From NCBI GenBank assembly GCA_964629655.1, contig CAZVQU010000001.1, positions 84,788 to 148,787 of the forward strand: a stretch of DNA of 64,000 bases, read 5' to 3'. The notes under the pieces were generated by a model. It worked only from the letters and a program-made list of their open reading frames with translations, was not told the origin of the DNA and did no database searches. Positions 48,274-56,989 of this stretch are shown here, piece after piece. Position 1 is the stretch's first letter, and the number at the start of each line of letters is the position of its first letter. The position numbers and the translations under genes are program-made. The stretch comes from an uncultured Planctomycetia bacterium (GTDB taxonomy: Bacteria > Omnitrophota > Gorgyraeia > Duberdicusellales > 4484-171).

Positions 48274-49338
48274 TTAGCTCTCTTTGGGATAAGCGCCAAG
48301 GACTTTTACGAAAAGGCACTCCTTTCTTAACGCCTTTAAGGCCTTCTTAACTAAGGAAGAGTCCTTATGCCCCTCCATGTCTACGAAAAAGTAGTACTTC
48401 CAAGCCTTCTTCTTAGAAGGCCTTGATTCTATCTTGGTAAGATTTATATTACCCTTCTTGAAAGGCACAAGAACATTATGCAAGGCACCAGCCTTATCTT
48501 TCATCGAGAACACTATAGATGTTTTATCATGTTTGGTCGGTTTAACATTTTGAGTCCCGATTATCAAGAAACGGGTAATGTTATGGGCTGAATCCTCAAT
48601 TGAACTAGCCAGTAAATTTAGTTTATACTCATCGGCTGCTACTTTACTGGCTATAGCGGCTCTGCCCTTTCCTGAAGCAGCAAGCATTGCTGCTTGAGTT
48701 GTGCTTGTGCAAGGAATCAACTTAGCATTTGGTATATTCTTCTCAAGCCATTTACGGCATTGGGCAAACACCTGCTCATGAGAATAAACCTTCTTCACGG
48801 CAGATATATTACTCTGTTTACTTAGAAGATTATGTTTTATAGGTAAATACATCTCTGAGCATATTTTAAGATCAGAATCTATGAACATGTCCAAGGTATG
48901 ATTCACAGCGCCTTCAGTAGAATTTTCAATAGGGACTACACCATAATCTGCCCTGCCGCGTTCAACTTCGGTAAAAACATCAGCTATACTGCTACATTCA
49001 ACATAGTCCAATGACTTACCAAACTTTTTTATTGCTGCAATATGCGTGAATGTTGCCTCTGGCCCTAAATAGGCTATCTTCATAGTTGCCCTCTGAGCCC
49101 TGCATATAGAAAGTATCTCCCGGAAAACGTCTTTCACATCTTGAGCTGAAAATGGTCCTTTGTTAATTTTCTTCAACCGAGATATCATACTTTCCTCTCT
49201 ATCGGGAGCATATGTGCTTAATTTCTTCTTTTTCTTCACCTTGCTAACCTTGATGACTTTCAAAGCCCTCTGGTTAAGCAGACTAAGTATTTTTTCGTCT
49301 ATGTAATCGATCTTTTTTCTTAATTGCTTTAATGACAT
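48274..49338 (-). CDS. pheA: Bifunctional chorismate mutase / prephenate dehydratase (P-protein)
   Basis: N-terminal CM helix bundle (LRKKIDYIDEKILSLLNQRA), a PDT domain and a C-terminal ACT domain. Confidence 0.9.
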   Translation of the reverse strand: MSLKQLRKKIDYIDEKILSLLNQRALKVIKVSKVKKKKKLSTYAPDREESMISRLKKINKGPFSAQDVKDVFREILSICRAQRATMKIAYLGPEATFTHIAAIKKFGKSLDYVECSSIADVFTEVERGRADYGVVPIENSTEGAVNHTLDMFIDSDLKICSEMYLPIKHNLLSKQSNISAVKKVYSHEQVFAQCRKWLEKNIPNAKLIPCTSTTQAAMLAASGKGRAAIASKVAADEYKLNLLASSIEDSAHNITRFLIIGTQNVKPTKHDKTSIVFSMKDKAGALHNVLVPFKKGNINLTKIESRPSKKKAWKYYFFVDMEGHKDSSLVKKALKALRKECLFVKVLGAYPKES

Positions 49339-49348
49339 ATTCCTCCTT

Positions 49349-50080
49349 TTATTTAAACTCTCCCTCAGCCTGCTTTAAGGAATCAAAATGTCCAATGTCA
49401 ATCCATTTACCGCTTAAGGTGTATCCAAAAACTTTTGACTCCTTAGATAACCAGGCTATATATTTGCCCGAAGCATCAACACTTCCATTATCGCTAATAA
49501 ATGAATCGAATAGATGCAAGGACTGCTTAGGAAAAAAGTAAACACACGATGCAGCCAAAGTAGAAAGAGGTTTCTTAGGTTTCTCTTGGAATTTAGATAT
49601 CCTCTTTTCTTTATTAAGCATTACTACACCAAAACGTGTAGCCATTTTTTTGCATTTAACATCATAAAGCCCAATAGAAGGGTATGATTTCTTTTCCTTT
49701 GCGAATTTAATGAATCCTACTAAATCATCCTGAAATAAATTGTCTCCTCCTAAAACTAACCAATCTGCTTTTGTCTCACCAAGAGCAAACCTCATATCCT
49801 TTATGGCCCCTAATCTATCCTCATGGCTATTTGAACCGTCATTAAGGATCTCTGCTCTTACCTTGTACTTTTTCTTCCAATCCAAGAAGCTCTTATAAAA
49901 CTTATTATTAACAACGATTCTTACCTCATCCACAGGGAAACTATCGGCCAGATCTTTTATCTTGTCGACTAAATAATTAATCATTGGTTTATTGTTTATC
50001 GGAACCAGAGGTTTAGCTATTCTTTTAGTTAGAGGATAGAGTCTTGTTCCGTAGCCAGCGGCAAGGATTGCTATATGCAT
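49349..50080 (-). CDS. Sugar-phosphate nucleotidyltransferase (short NTP_transferase family)
   Basis: MHIAILAAGYGTRLYPLTKRIAKPLVPI is a G-x-G-T-R-L nucleotidyl-transfer loop. 243 aa. Confidence 0.75.
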   Translation of the reverse strand: MHIAILAAGYGTRLYPLTKRIAKPLVPINNKPMINYLVDKIKDLADSFPVDEVRIVVNNKFYKSFLDWKKKYKVRAEILNDGSNSHEDRLGAIKDMRFALGETKADWLVLGGDNLFQDDLVGFIKFAKEKKSYPSIGLYDVKCKKMATRFGVVMLNKEKRISKFQEKPKKPLSTLAASCVYFFPKQSLHLFDSFISDNGSVDASGKYIAWLSKESKVFGYTLSGKWIDIGHFDSLKQAEGEFK

Positions 50081-50081
50081 A

Positions 50082-51839
50082 TTAAATCATCAATATACGG
50101 TAAAAATCATCCCCTAAGATCTTTTTCAGCTCGCTCTGAAGGTATTTCTCTACCTCTTTCGCTGTAGGAAGCTTTAAGGCCTCTTGGAGAGCGGCTTTAG
50201 CATCTTTGAGGTTGATATTACTTATTAGCTCTTTCACCTTGGGAATCTGGGGAATAGACATACTAAACCTATCTAGCCCCATTCCTAAGAGCAGGAATGA
50301 AAAGATAAGTTCTCCGGACATCTCTCCACACATTCCGACCCAGATATCATTCTGATGAGCAGCCTCGATTATTCTTTTTATCAATCTTAATACTGCTGGA
50401 TGACCGGGTTCATAAAGATAAGCAACTTTCTCATTAGTCCGGTCTACGGCTAAGGAGTATTGAATCAAATCATTTGTTCCAATGCTGAAGAAATCACATT
50501 CTTTTGCTAAAACATCAGCGGTCAAAGCTGCTGAAGGGACTTCAATCATCGCTCCCACTGAAATATCCTTATCAAATTTCTTGCCTTCTTTTTTTAGCTC
50601 TTTCTTGCATTTATCTAAAAGCCCCTTTGCCTGCATTAACTCCTCTATCCCTGAAATCATCGGAAACATCAACTTCACATTATTACCTACGGAAGCCCTT
50701 AAAATTGCTCTTAGCTGAACCTTGAATACTTCTGGACGAGCTAGGCAAAATCGAATTGCTCTCCATCCTAAAAAAGGACTCATCTCATGAGGAACTTCTG
50801 GCCGTGAAAGAAACTTGTCACCGCCAATATCAATTGTTCTAAAAATAACCGAATGCGGCGATACTTCCTTTGCCACCTTGCTATATGCTTTATACTGTTC
50901 TTCCTCAGAAGGTAAGTCTCTTCGGCCTAAGAAAATATATTCGGTACGATAAAGACCGATACCCTCTGCGCCATACTTCTTAATCAAAGGAAGCTCCTCA
51001 GGGAGTTCAATATTGCCAGAGACCACTATTGCCTTTCCGTCCTTGGTGAAAACTTTGACAGCCTTTGGTATATGAATCGCCTTTACTTCTTTAGTGTAAA
51101 GGTTGGACTTTTTCCTATATTCTTTTAAAACTTTATCTGTAGGCCGTACTATAACAAGCCCTGAAGAACCATCGACAATAACCTTATCCCCAGACCGTAT
51201 ATTATCTGTGGCAACCTCTAAGCCTACAACTGCTGGAATTCGCAAGCTTTTAGCGATAATTGCCGTATGCGAGGTTCTACCGCCAACATCGGTAACAAAT
51301 CCCAAGACATTTTCCTTAGGCAAAGAGGCAGTCTGGGAAGGTCCAAGATCATGAGCAACAATAACTACTTTTTCCTTTAAATCACTTAAAGATAAGGTCT
51401 TCTCCTTAAGCATTGTCTTCAAAACTCTTCGGGAAATATCTTCAATATCTATTACTCTCTCACGTAAATACTCATCATTTAAGTTAAGCAAAGTATCAAC
51501 ATACTTCTTTATACTTTCAGAGAAAGCATATTCAACATTCACCTTTTTTATCTTAATCTGTTTAATAACGTCTTCTATCAAAACCCTGTCTTCCAAAACT
51601 AGGTAGTGGGCTTCAAATATTCGGCCATGGTCAAAACCAATATCTTTGGATATCTTCTTCTGTAAATCAGAGATCTCTTTGCGTGTCTCCATCAACGCCT
51701 CTTCAAGGCGATAGATCTCCCGAGAAATCTCATCGTGAGAGATCTTCTTCTTGGGAACAGAAAATTCGTCTTTCCTCAATATTAAGACTTTGCCTATCCC
51801 CACTCCTCCAGAAACACCAATGCCTTTTATCTTAATCAT
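50082..51839 (-). CDS. ptsI: Phosphoenolpyruvate-protein phosphotransferase (PTS Enzyme I)
   Basis: 585 aa with the phospho-His region GGRTSHTAIIAKSLRIPAVVG and a PEP-utilising C-terminal domain. Confidence 0.93.
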   Translation of the reverse strand: MIKIKGIGVSGGVGIGKVLILRKDEFSVPKKKISHDEISREIYRLEEALMETRKEISDLQKKISKDIGFDHGRIFEAHYLVLEDRVLIEDVIKQIKIKKVNVEYAFSESIKKYVDTLLNLNDEYLRERVIDIEDISRRVLKTMLKEKTLSLSDLKEKVVIVAHDLGPSQTASLPKENVLGFVTDVGGRTSHTAIIAKSLRIPAVVGLEVATDNIRSGDKVIVDGSSGLVIVRPTDKVLKEYRKKSNLYTKEVKAIHIPKAVKVFTKDGKAIVVSGNIELPEELPLIKKYGAEGIGLYRTEYIFLGRRDLPSEEEQYKAYSKVAKEVSPHSVIFRTIDIGGDKFLSRPEVPHEMSPFLGWRAIRFCLARPEVFKVQLRAILRASVGNNVKLMFPMISGIEELMQAKGLLDKCKKELKKEGKKFDKDISVGAMIEVPSAALTADVLAKECDFFSIGTNDLIQYSLAVDRTNEKVAYLYEPGHPAVLRLIKRIIEAAHQNDIWVGMCGEMSGELIFSFLLLGMGLDRFSMSIPQIPKVKELISNINLKDAKAALQEALKLPTAKEVEKYLQSELKKILGDDFYRILMI

Positions 51840-52104
51840 TTTTACCCTCGTCTTCTAAAAACCTCTTTAAATCATCTATCGCTTCTTTTGCATCATCACC
51901 TTCTGTAATCAATTTTACCTCTACACCGGCATTTACCCCTAAGCTCAATAAGGCCATTATCGACTTACCATCAACAATCTCGCCGTCTCTTTCTATCTTT
52001 ACTGATGAGTTAAATTTATTAGCTAACTGCACAAAGATAGTAGCCGGTCTAGCATGTAAACCGTGGACTTTCCCTACGACTACCTGTTTTTCAATCCTCT
52101 CCAT
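51832..52104 (-). CDS. ptsH: Phosphocarrier protein HPr
   Basis: 90 aa with His15 in the context GLHARPA. Confidence 0.92.
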   Translation of the reverse strand: MERIEKQVVVGKVHGLHARPATIFVQLANKFNSSVKIERDGEIVDGKSIMALLSLGVNAGVEVKLITEGDDAKEAIDDLKRFLEDEGKND

Positions 52105-53342
52105 TTTTTCTTCATATAGTTATAGATAACCATGACCTCTTTTGCTGTATTTTTCGAATCATGACGTAAATAATTGCTCTTACTAACAACATCCCCTTCA
52201 AATATGGACACCCCTAATTTTTTAAATCTTTCCCGATCAAAAATTACCGGAAAAGATTTCTCTTGGGCATACTTAACAAGAAGATTATGCTTAAGTCTAC
52301 CGGAATTAACCAAACAGCAGTTAACGATATTTCTCTCGGCATGAGAAACTATCTTCTCAAGATGATCAAATGCTGTAAGGCCATCAGTCTCGCCATGCTG
52401 AGTCATAACATTACAAAGGTATAACTTCACAACATCCCGTTTAGCAATCTCTTCTCTAACTTGCTCTATTAAAAGATTAGGTATAATACTAGTAAATAAA
52501 CTCCCCGGCCCAAAGATTATTATCTCAGCCTCTCTTATAGCCTCAATGGCTTCGGGATTAGATTTGACATCTTGAGGAACTAAGTATATTTTTCTTATCG
52601 ACTTCTCCTCGTGAGGAATCTTATCCTCGCCTTCTTTCGTTGTTCCATCGCTATACTCAGCCTTAAGACGTATCTTATCCAAACTTGACGGTAATACTCT
52701 TCCGCGGATAGCCAAAACTATGCTCGATTCCTTTACTGCGTCTTTAAAACTTCCTGTTACTTGAGTCATGGCAGTAATAAAAATATTTCCAAAGCTATGG
52801 CCTTTAATCCCATTGCCTTCTTTAAAACGGTATTGAAACAAATCGCGCATCAGCTGTGGTGCTTCGGCTAAAGAGACTAAACAGTTTCTAATATCTCCTG
52901 GAGGCAAAATACCGAATTCCTCTCTTAAGCGCCCTGAAGAACCACCCTCATCAGCAACAGCTACTATAGCTGTTATGTTCGCAGTATATTCCTTTAATCC
53001 CTCAAGGGCAGTAGAAAGTCCTGTTCCGCCTCCAATAGCAACAATCTTAGGCCCCTTAGACAAAAACCTTTTTTCGTAAATTATGTCAATGATCTCTTTA
53101 TTCTTCCCAGGGTAGATAGCCTCAAAAAAACTTTTAATAAGCGAGCGCATCCCAGCCACAAATCCAATAAAAGAAAAAACAAATAAAAGAGAATCAAATA
53201 TCTTTAAAATCAAATGGGTATCATGGGCAAGCCTTACCGACGAAAAAATTAAAAAGAAAAGGCTCAAGAACAGTAAAACAACCCATCTTTTTATCCTTAG
53301 GCCAGGATAAAACCATTTTATAATTTTTAGAAACTTCTTCAT
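52080..53342 (-). CDS. YvcK/CofD-family gluconeogenesis factor with an N-terminal two-TM extension
   Basis: Residues ~95-420 match the UPF0052/YvcK family (IVAIGGGTGLS...). The first ~90 aa hold two hydrophobic helices. The start overlaps the ptsN stop in an ATGA arrangement. Confidence 0.8.
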   Translation of the reverse strand: MKKFLKIIKWFYPGLRIKRWVVLLFLSLFFLIFSSVRLAHDTHLILKIFDSLLFVFSFIGFVAGMRSLIKSFFEAIYPGKNKEIIDIIYEKRFLSKGPKIVAIGGGTGLSTALEGLKEYTANITAIVAVADEGGSSGRLREEFGILPPGDIRNCLVSLAEAPQLMRDLFQYRFKEGNGIKGHSFGNIFITAMTQVTGSFKDAVKESSIVLAIRGRVLPSSLDKIRLKAEYSDGTTKEGEDKIPHEEKSIRKIYLVPQDVKSNPEAIEAIREAEIIIFGPGSLFTSIIPNLLIEQVREEIAKRDVVKLYLCNVMTQHGETDGLTAFDHLEKIVSHAERNIVNCCLVNSGRLKHNLLVKYAQEKSFPVIFDRERFKKLGVSIFEGDVVSKSNYLRHDSKNTAKEVMVIYNYMKKKWRGLKNR

Positions 53343-53809
53343 CTTATTGCTTGCTGCTGTTTATCTAATAAGGCAATAACTTCCTCTTCTGTTTTAACGC
53401 TTTTCAGTCTTTGAACCAGATATTTATCACGCAACATTCTCGCCAGAAAGGCCAGCATTTTAAGATGCAACCCTGCTTCCTTCTGATTGGAAAGAAGAAG
53501 CGCTACAATATTTACTGGCTCTTGATCCAATGAATCGAAATCAATCCCTTCTTTAGATATGCCAACGCAAATTACGATATCTTTAACAGAATTAGTTCGT
53601 ACGTGGGGAAAAGCGATATGGTTTCCAATCGCGGTAGAACCCATTTCTTCTCTTTGAAAGATAGCTTTCGAAATCTCCTTTTTATCCTCTTTAGCTATCT
53701 TCTTTTCTTCTACGAGGTGGTCAACGATGCTTAAAATGGTATTCTTCTTATTTTTTTGCTTTAATCCTAAAATAATACATTCTTTGCTTAAATAATCTAA
53801 AATATTCAT
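53339..53809 (-). CDS. ptsN: PTS EIIA-Ntr (nitrogen regulatory protein PtsN)
   Basis: 156 aa with AIGNHIAFPH (phospho-His) and a second His in LHLKMLAFLARML. Confidence 0.9.
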   Translation of the reverse strand: MNILDYLSKECIILGLKQKNKKNTILSIVDHLVEEKKIAKEDKKEISKAIFQREEMGSTAIGNHIAFPHVRTNSVKDIVICVGISKEGIDFDSLDQEPVNIVALLLSNQKEAGLHLKMLAFLARMLRDKYLVQRLKSVKTEEEVIALLDKQQQAIR

Positions 53810-53851
53810 ATATTCTAATTCATCTTTTTCGTATTACACCCAACTAATAAT

Positions 53852-53928
53852 TGGAGCGGAGGAAGGGAATCGAACCCTCAACCTTCACGTTGGCAACGTG
53901 ACGCTCTAGCCGATTGAGCTACCCCCGC
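53852..53928 (-). tRNA. tRNA-Gly (anticodon GCC), CCA encoded
   Basis: Manual folding gives a 7-bp acceptor stem (one G-U pair), D-arm GCTC/GAGC and an anticodon loop TTGCCAA. The T-loop is TTCGATT. Confidence 0.85.
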
Positions 53929-53950
53929 GATCAACCAAATAAATACCTTA

Positions 53951-54032
53951 TGCGGATGGAGGGACTTGAACCCCCATGAGTTTCCTCACTAGCTCCTAAG
54001 GCTAGCGCGTCTGCCAATTTCGCCACATCCGC
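53951..54032 (-). tRNA. tRNA-Leu (anticodon TAG), class II with a long variable arm, no encoded CCA
   Basis: Acceptor stem GCGGATG/CATCCGC, anticodon loop CTTAGGA and a 13-nt variable arm with a TGAG/CTCA stem. The T-loop is TTCAAGT. Confidence 0.85.
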
Positions 54033-54035
54033 GAA

Positions 54036-54111
54036 TGGTGAGCCGCCCGAGGGTCGAACTCGGAACACCCGCCTTAAAAGGGCGGTGCTCTACCAACTGA
54101 GCTAGCGGCCC
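54036..54111 (-). tRNA. tRNA-Lys (anticodon TTT), CCA encoded
   Basis: Acceptor stem GGGCCGC/GCGGCTC, D-arm GCTCAGTTGGTAGAGC and an anticodon loop CTTTTAA. The T-loop is TTCGACC. Confidence 0.88.
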
Positions 54112-54169
54112 ATTAACTTTGTTGTTGATATCTATCCCCTAAAGGAATTCTTTACTATCAGAGAGCCTT

Positions 54170-54727
54170 TTAGAACTCTTTGAGTTCCTTCTCTTTTTCT
54201 TCCAAAATATTATCTATCTCTTTGATATGCTTATCAGTAGTCTTTTGCAGCTGATCTTCTGATTTAAAACGGTCATCTTCAGAAATTTTCTTACCTTTTT
54301 CTAAACTCTTAATCTTCTCCTTGCCATCTCTTCTTACAGTTCTAATTGACACTTTCCCTTCTTCAACTATCTTTTTAACTATTTTTATCAATTCCTCTCT
54401 TCTCTCTTCAGACAAAGGCGGGACTATTAACCTTATAATCTTATTATCACTAACAGGAGTAATGCCCAACTCCGACTGCAGAATAGCTTTTTCAATCTCT
54501 TTTACTGACGAAGGATCATAAGGACTGATAACAATCATCCTGGCTTCAGGAATGCCAATAGTAGCAAGCTCCTTAAGCAAGGTTGGTGTCCCATAATAAT
54601 TCACCCTTATGCCTTCGACCATTTTAGGATTAGCTCTACCGGAACGGAGTTCAGACAGTTCCCGCTTTGTTGCCTCTATGGCTTTTCTCATATTATCTTC
54701 TATTTCTTTTAAGACTTCTTTTACCAT
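54170..54727 (-). CDS. frr: Ribosome recycling factor
   Basis: 185 aa of the RRF family (NYYGTPTPL...). Confidence 0.93.
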   Translation of the reverse strand: MVKEVLKEIEDNMRKAIEATKRELSELRSGRANPKMVEGIRVNYYGTPTLLKELATIGIPEARMIVISPYDPSSVKEIEKAILQSELGITPVSDNKIIRLIVPPLSEERREELIKIVKKIVEEGKVSIRTVRRDGKEKIKSLEKGKKISEDDRFKSEDQLQKTTDKHIKEIDNILEEKEKELKEF

Positions 54728-54739
54728 CCTACTCCTCCC

Positions 54740-55453
54740 TCATTTGATAAGGGTTCCAATATTCTGTCCACAAACCACTTTCTTCAAATTACCATGTTTC
54801 ATAAAATTAAAGACGGTTATCGGTAGCTTGTTCTCCATACATAAGGTAATTGCTGTTGTATCCATTATCCTTAACTTTTTATTAATTACCTTCATGTAGT
54901 CCAATTTTTTAAACATTTTGGCATTTTTGTCTTTAAAGGGATCTGCTGAGTAGACTCCGTTCACTTTTGTTCCTTTAAGTAGAGCATCTACGCCAATTTC
55001 TACGCTACGCAAAGCCGAAGCAGTGTCAGTAGTAAAATAAGGATTACCTGTCCCGGCGACAAATATAACTACCCTTTTCTTTTCTAGATGCCTTATGGCC
55101 CGACGGCAAATATAGGGTTCAGCTATCCTATCCATCCCAATAGCAGTCATAACTCTGGTAGGAATACACTGATTTTCTAAAGCATTTTGGAGAGCAAGGC
55201 CATTTAAAACTGTTGCCAGCATCCCCATGTAATCAGCAACAGTCCTCTGCATTTGAAACTCCTTAGACTTAGGAACTCCCCGGAATATATTTCCGGCTCC
55301 AACTACTAAGGCTATCTCTACGCCTAGATTTAATACCTCTTTGATCTGCTTAGCTAAATGAACACAGACATCGGTATCAATACCGTGAGGATACTTACCT
55401 AAAAAAGCTTCTCCGCTCAATTTAAGAAGAACTCTTTTGTATTTAGCTTGCAT
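54740..55453 (-). CDS. pyrH: UMP kinase
   Basis: 237 aa with KRVLLKLSGEAF and amino-acid-kinase-fold motifs. Confidence 0.93.
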   Translation of the reverse strand: MQAKYKRVLLKLSGEAFLGKYPHGIDTDVCVHLAKQIKEVLNLGVEIALVVGAGNIFRGVPKSKEFQMQRTVADYMGMLATVLNGLALQNALENQCIPTRVMTAIGMDRIAEPYICRRAIRHLEKKRVVIFVAGTGNPYFTTDTASALRSVEIGVDALLKGTKVNGVYSADPFKDKNAKMFKKLDYMKVINKKLRIMDTTAITLCMENKLPITVFNFMKHGNLKKVVCGQNIGTLIK

Positions 55454-55973
55454 TTGCCTCGCTTAAGGAAAAACGAACAAACCTTTTAATTACTATATTT
55501 TCTCCGGTCTGAGACACTGTATCCCGCAAATAATCTCCTACTGAGAGTTTGCTATCCTTTACAAAGGCTTGTTCTAGAAGGCAATATCGCTTGATATACT
55601 CATCCTTATTTTTTACATCTTTTAAAACATCCTTCGGGATATCTTCCTTAGCTACATATTCAGGATTAGCTGCTGCCACCTGCATAGCTATATCTTTAAC
55701 AAATTTCTTGAACACATCTGTACGAGCAACAAAGTCTGTTTCACAATTTACTTCAACCAAAGTGGCAAGGTTGCCCCCAAAATGGACATAGGCATCTATC
55801 ACCCCTTGGCCGGTTGCTCGAGAGCTTCTTTTCTCTAACATTCGAATTCCCTTACTCTTTAATATTTTTAAAGCTTTATCAAAATCGCCCTTGGATTCAC
55901 TCAAAGCCTTCTTACAATCATTAATCCCCAAAGAAGTTAACCCTCTCAATTTCTTAATATCTGACAAACCCAT
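55443..55973 (-). CDS. tsf: Elongation factor Ts (short form)
   Basis: 176 aa. The N-terminal UBA-like helix LR..T..G...CK.AL and a dimerisation core are present. Confidence 0.88.
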   Translation of the reverse strand: MGLSDIKKLRGLTSLGINDCKKALSESKGDFDKALKILKSKGIRMLEKRSSRATGQGVIDAYVHFGGNLATLVEVNCETDFVARTDVFKKFVKDIAMQVAAANPEYVAKEDIPKDVLKDVKNKDEYIKRYCLLEQAFVKDSKLSVGDYLRDTVSQTGENIVIKRFVRFSLSEANAS

Positions 55974-56012
55974 TCTAATCCTCCTTTAATGAAACCGTAA
56001 TGGTATGGTGAA

Positions 56013-56840
56013 TTATTTACTCTTTGTGCTTTTCTTAATCTTTTTTTCGGGAGTTTCGTCCCCTGTTTTAACCTCAGAGGAAGGAGCCTCTGCTGATTTC
56101 TCCTCAGCTGCACTTTCAGCCTTTTCCTTCTCTTGGCTCTTCTTCCCTTCTAAGGCTTCTTTAAGTCCCTGATTAATTGCCTCAACCACAGAAGAAGTTA
56201 TATACTTTACTGACTTTATAGAATCGTCATTTCCTGGTATAGGGTAATCAATAATATCAGGATTAGCGTCAGTATCAATCAAAGCAATAATAGGTATCTC
56301 TAATTTGTTTACCTCCCTTACGCAAGCGACCTCTTTTTTTGGGTCAACCACGAAAACGCAACTAGGAAGACCCTCCAGGGAAGTAACTCCACTATAGCTT
56401 CTCTCCATTCTCTCTATTTCTCGATTTATCTTTACGACTTCCTTTTTTACCATTATGTCAAAACCGCCAGTCTCTCGCTTCCTCAAAAACTCTAAATACT
56501 TCTCCACCCTTCTCCTTACAGTAGAGAAGTTGGTAAGTAAACCTCCAACCCATCTCTCTGCCACATAAGGCATATCGCAGGAAGAAGCTAATTCTTTTAC
56601 TACGCTTCGCAGTTGCTTTTTGGTAGATACAAAAAGAATCTTCTCGCCATCTTTTGCTTTTTGTTTCGCGAACTCCTTAGCCTCTTGTAATTTTTGGGCT
56701 GTCTTCTCTAAATCAATAATATAAACATTTTTCTTTTTGCCGAAAATGAACCTCTTCATTTTAGGATTCCAATGTTTACTCAAATGCCCAAAATGAACCC
56801 CATTTTCCAATAATTCCTTAATAATTTCAGGTAGCGCCAT
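56013..56840 (-). CDS. rpsB: 30S ribosomal protein S2 with a Lys/Glu-rich C-terminal tail
   Basis: 275 aa. HFGHLSKHWNPKM is the S2 signature. AAAGGAGG RBS upstream. Confidence 0.93.
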   Translation of the reverse strand: MALPEIIKELLENGVHFGHLSKHWNPKMKRFIFGKKKNVYIIDLEKTAQKLQEAKEFAKQKAKDGEKILFVSTKKQLRSVVKELASSCDMPYVAERWVGGLLTNFSTVRRRVEKYLEFLRKRETGGFDIMVKKEVVKINREIERMERSYSGVTSLEGLPSCVFVVDPKKEVACVREVNKLEIPIIALIDTDANPDIIDYPIPGNDDSIKSVKYITSSVVEAINQGLKEALEGKKSQEKEKAESAAEEKSAEAPSSEVKTGDETPEKKIKKSTKSK

Positions 56841-56899
56841 ATTTCCCCTTTCCTCCTTTTAACTTAACTATTTAAATAAACCTAGAAATCAACGTAGAC

Positions 56900-56939
56900 G
56901 GAGCCCTCTACCGGATCTCCCTGTGATCTGGCTAGCTCC
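56900..56939 (-). promoter_or_regulatory. Structured hairpin in the rpsB 5' leader (candidate S2 autoregulatory element)
   Basis: Minus-strand RNA reads GGAGC-UAG-CCAGAUC-acaggga-GAUCCGG-UAGAGG-GCUCC, an imperfect two-tier hairpin. It lies ~20 nt downstream of the predicted TSS and ~55 nt upstream of the RBS. Confidence 0.4.
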
Positions 56940-56953
56940 TTTCTCAAACTCAA

Positions 56954-56981
56954 AGTATATCATATTTCTTAATATTTTCAA
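56954..56981 (-). promoter_or_regulatory. Strong sigma70-type promoter for rpsB-tsf-pyrH-frr (TTGAAA-16 nt-TGaTATACT)
   Basis: The -35 TTGAAA is at 56981..56976 and an extended -10 TGATATACT at 56962..56954. The promoter overlaps the last codons of the upstream ABC gene. Confidence 0.55.
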
Positions 56982-56989
56982 CCACTTCT

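Noticed and set aside
53810-54169. Genomic island or integrase target at the tRNA cluster
   Set aside because: No integrase, no direct repeat of a tRNA 3' end, and the flanking genes (ptsN, frr) are core housekeeping with uniform composition.
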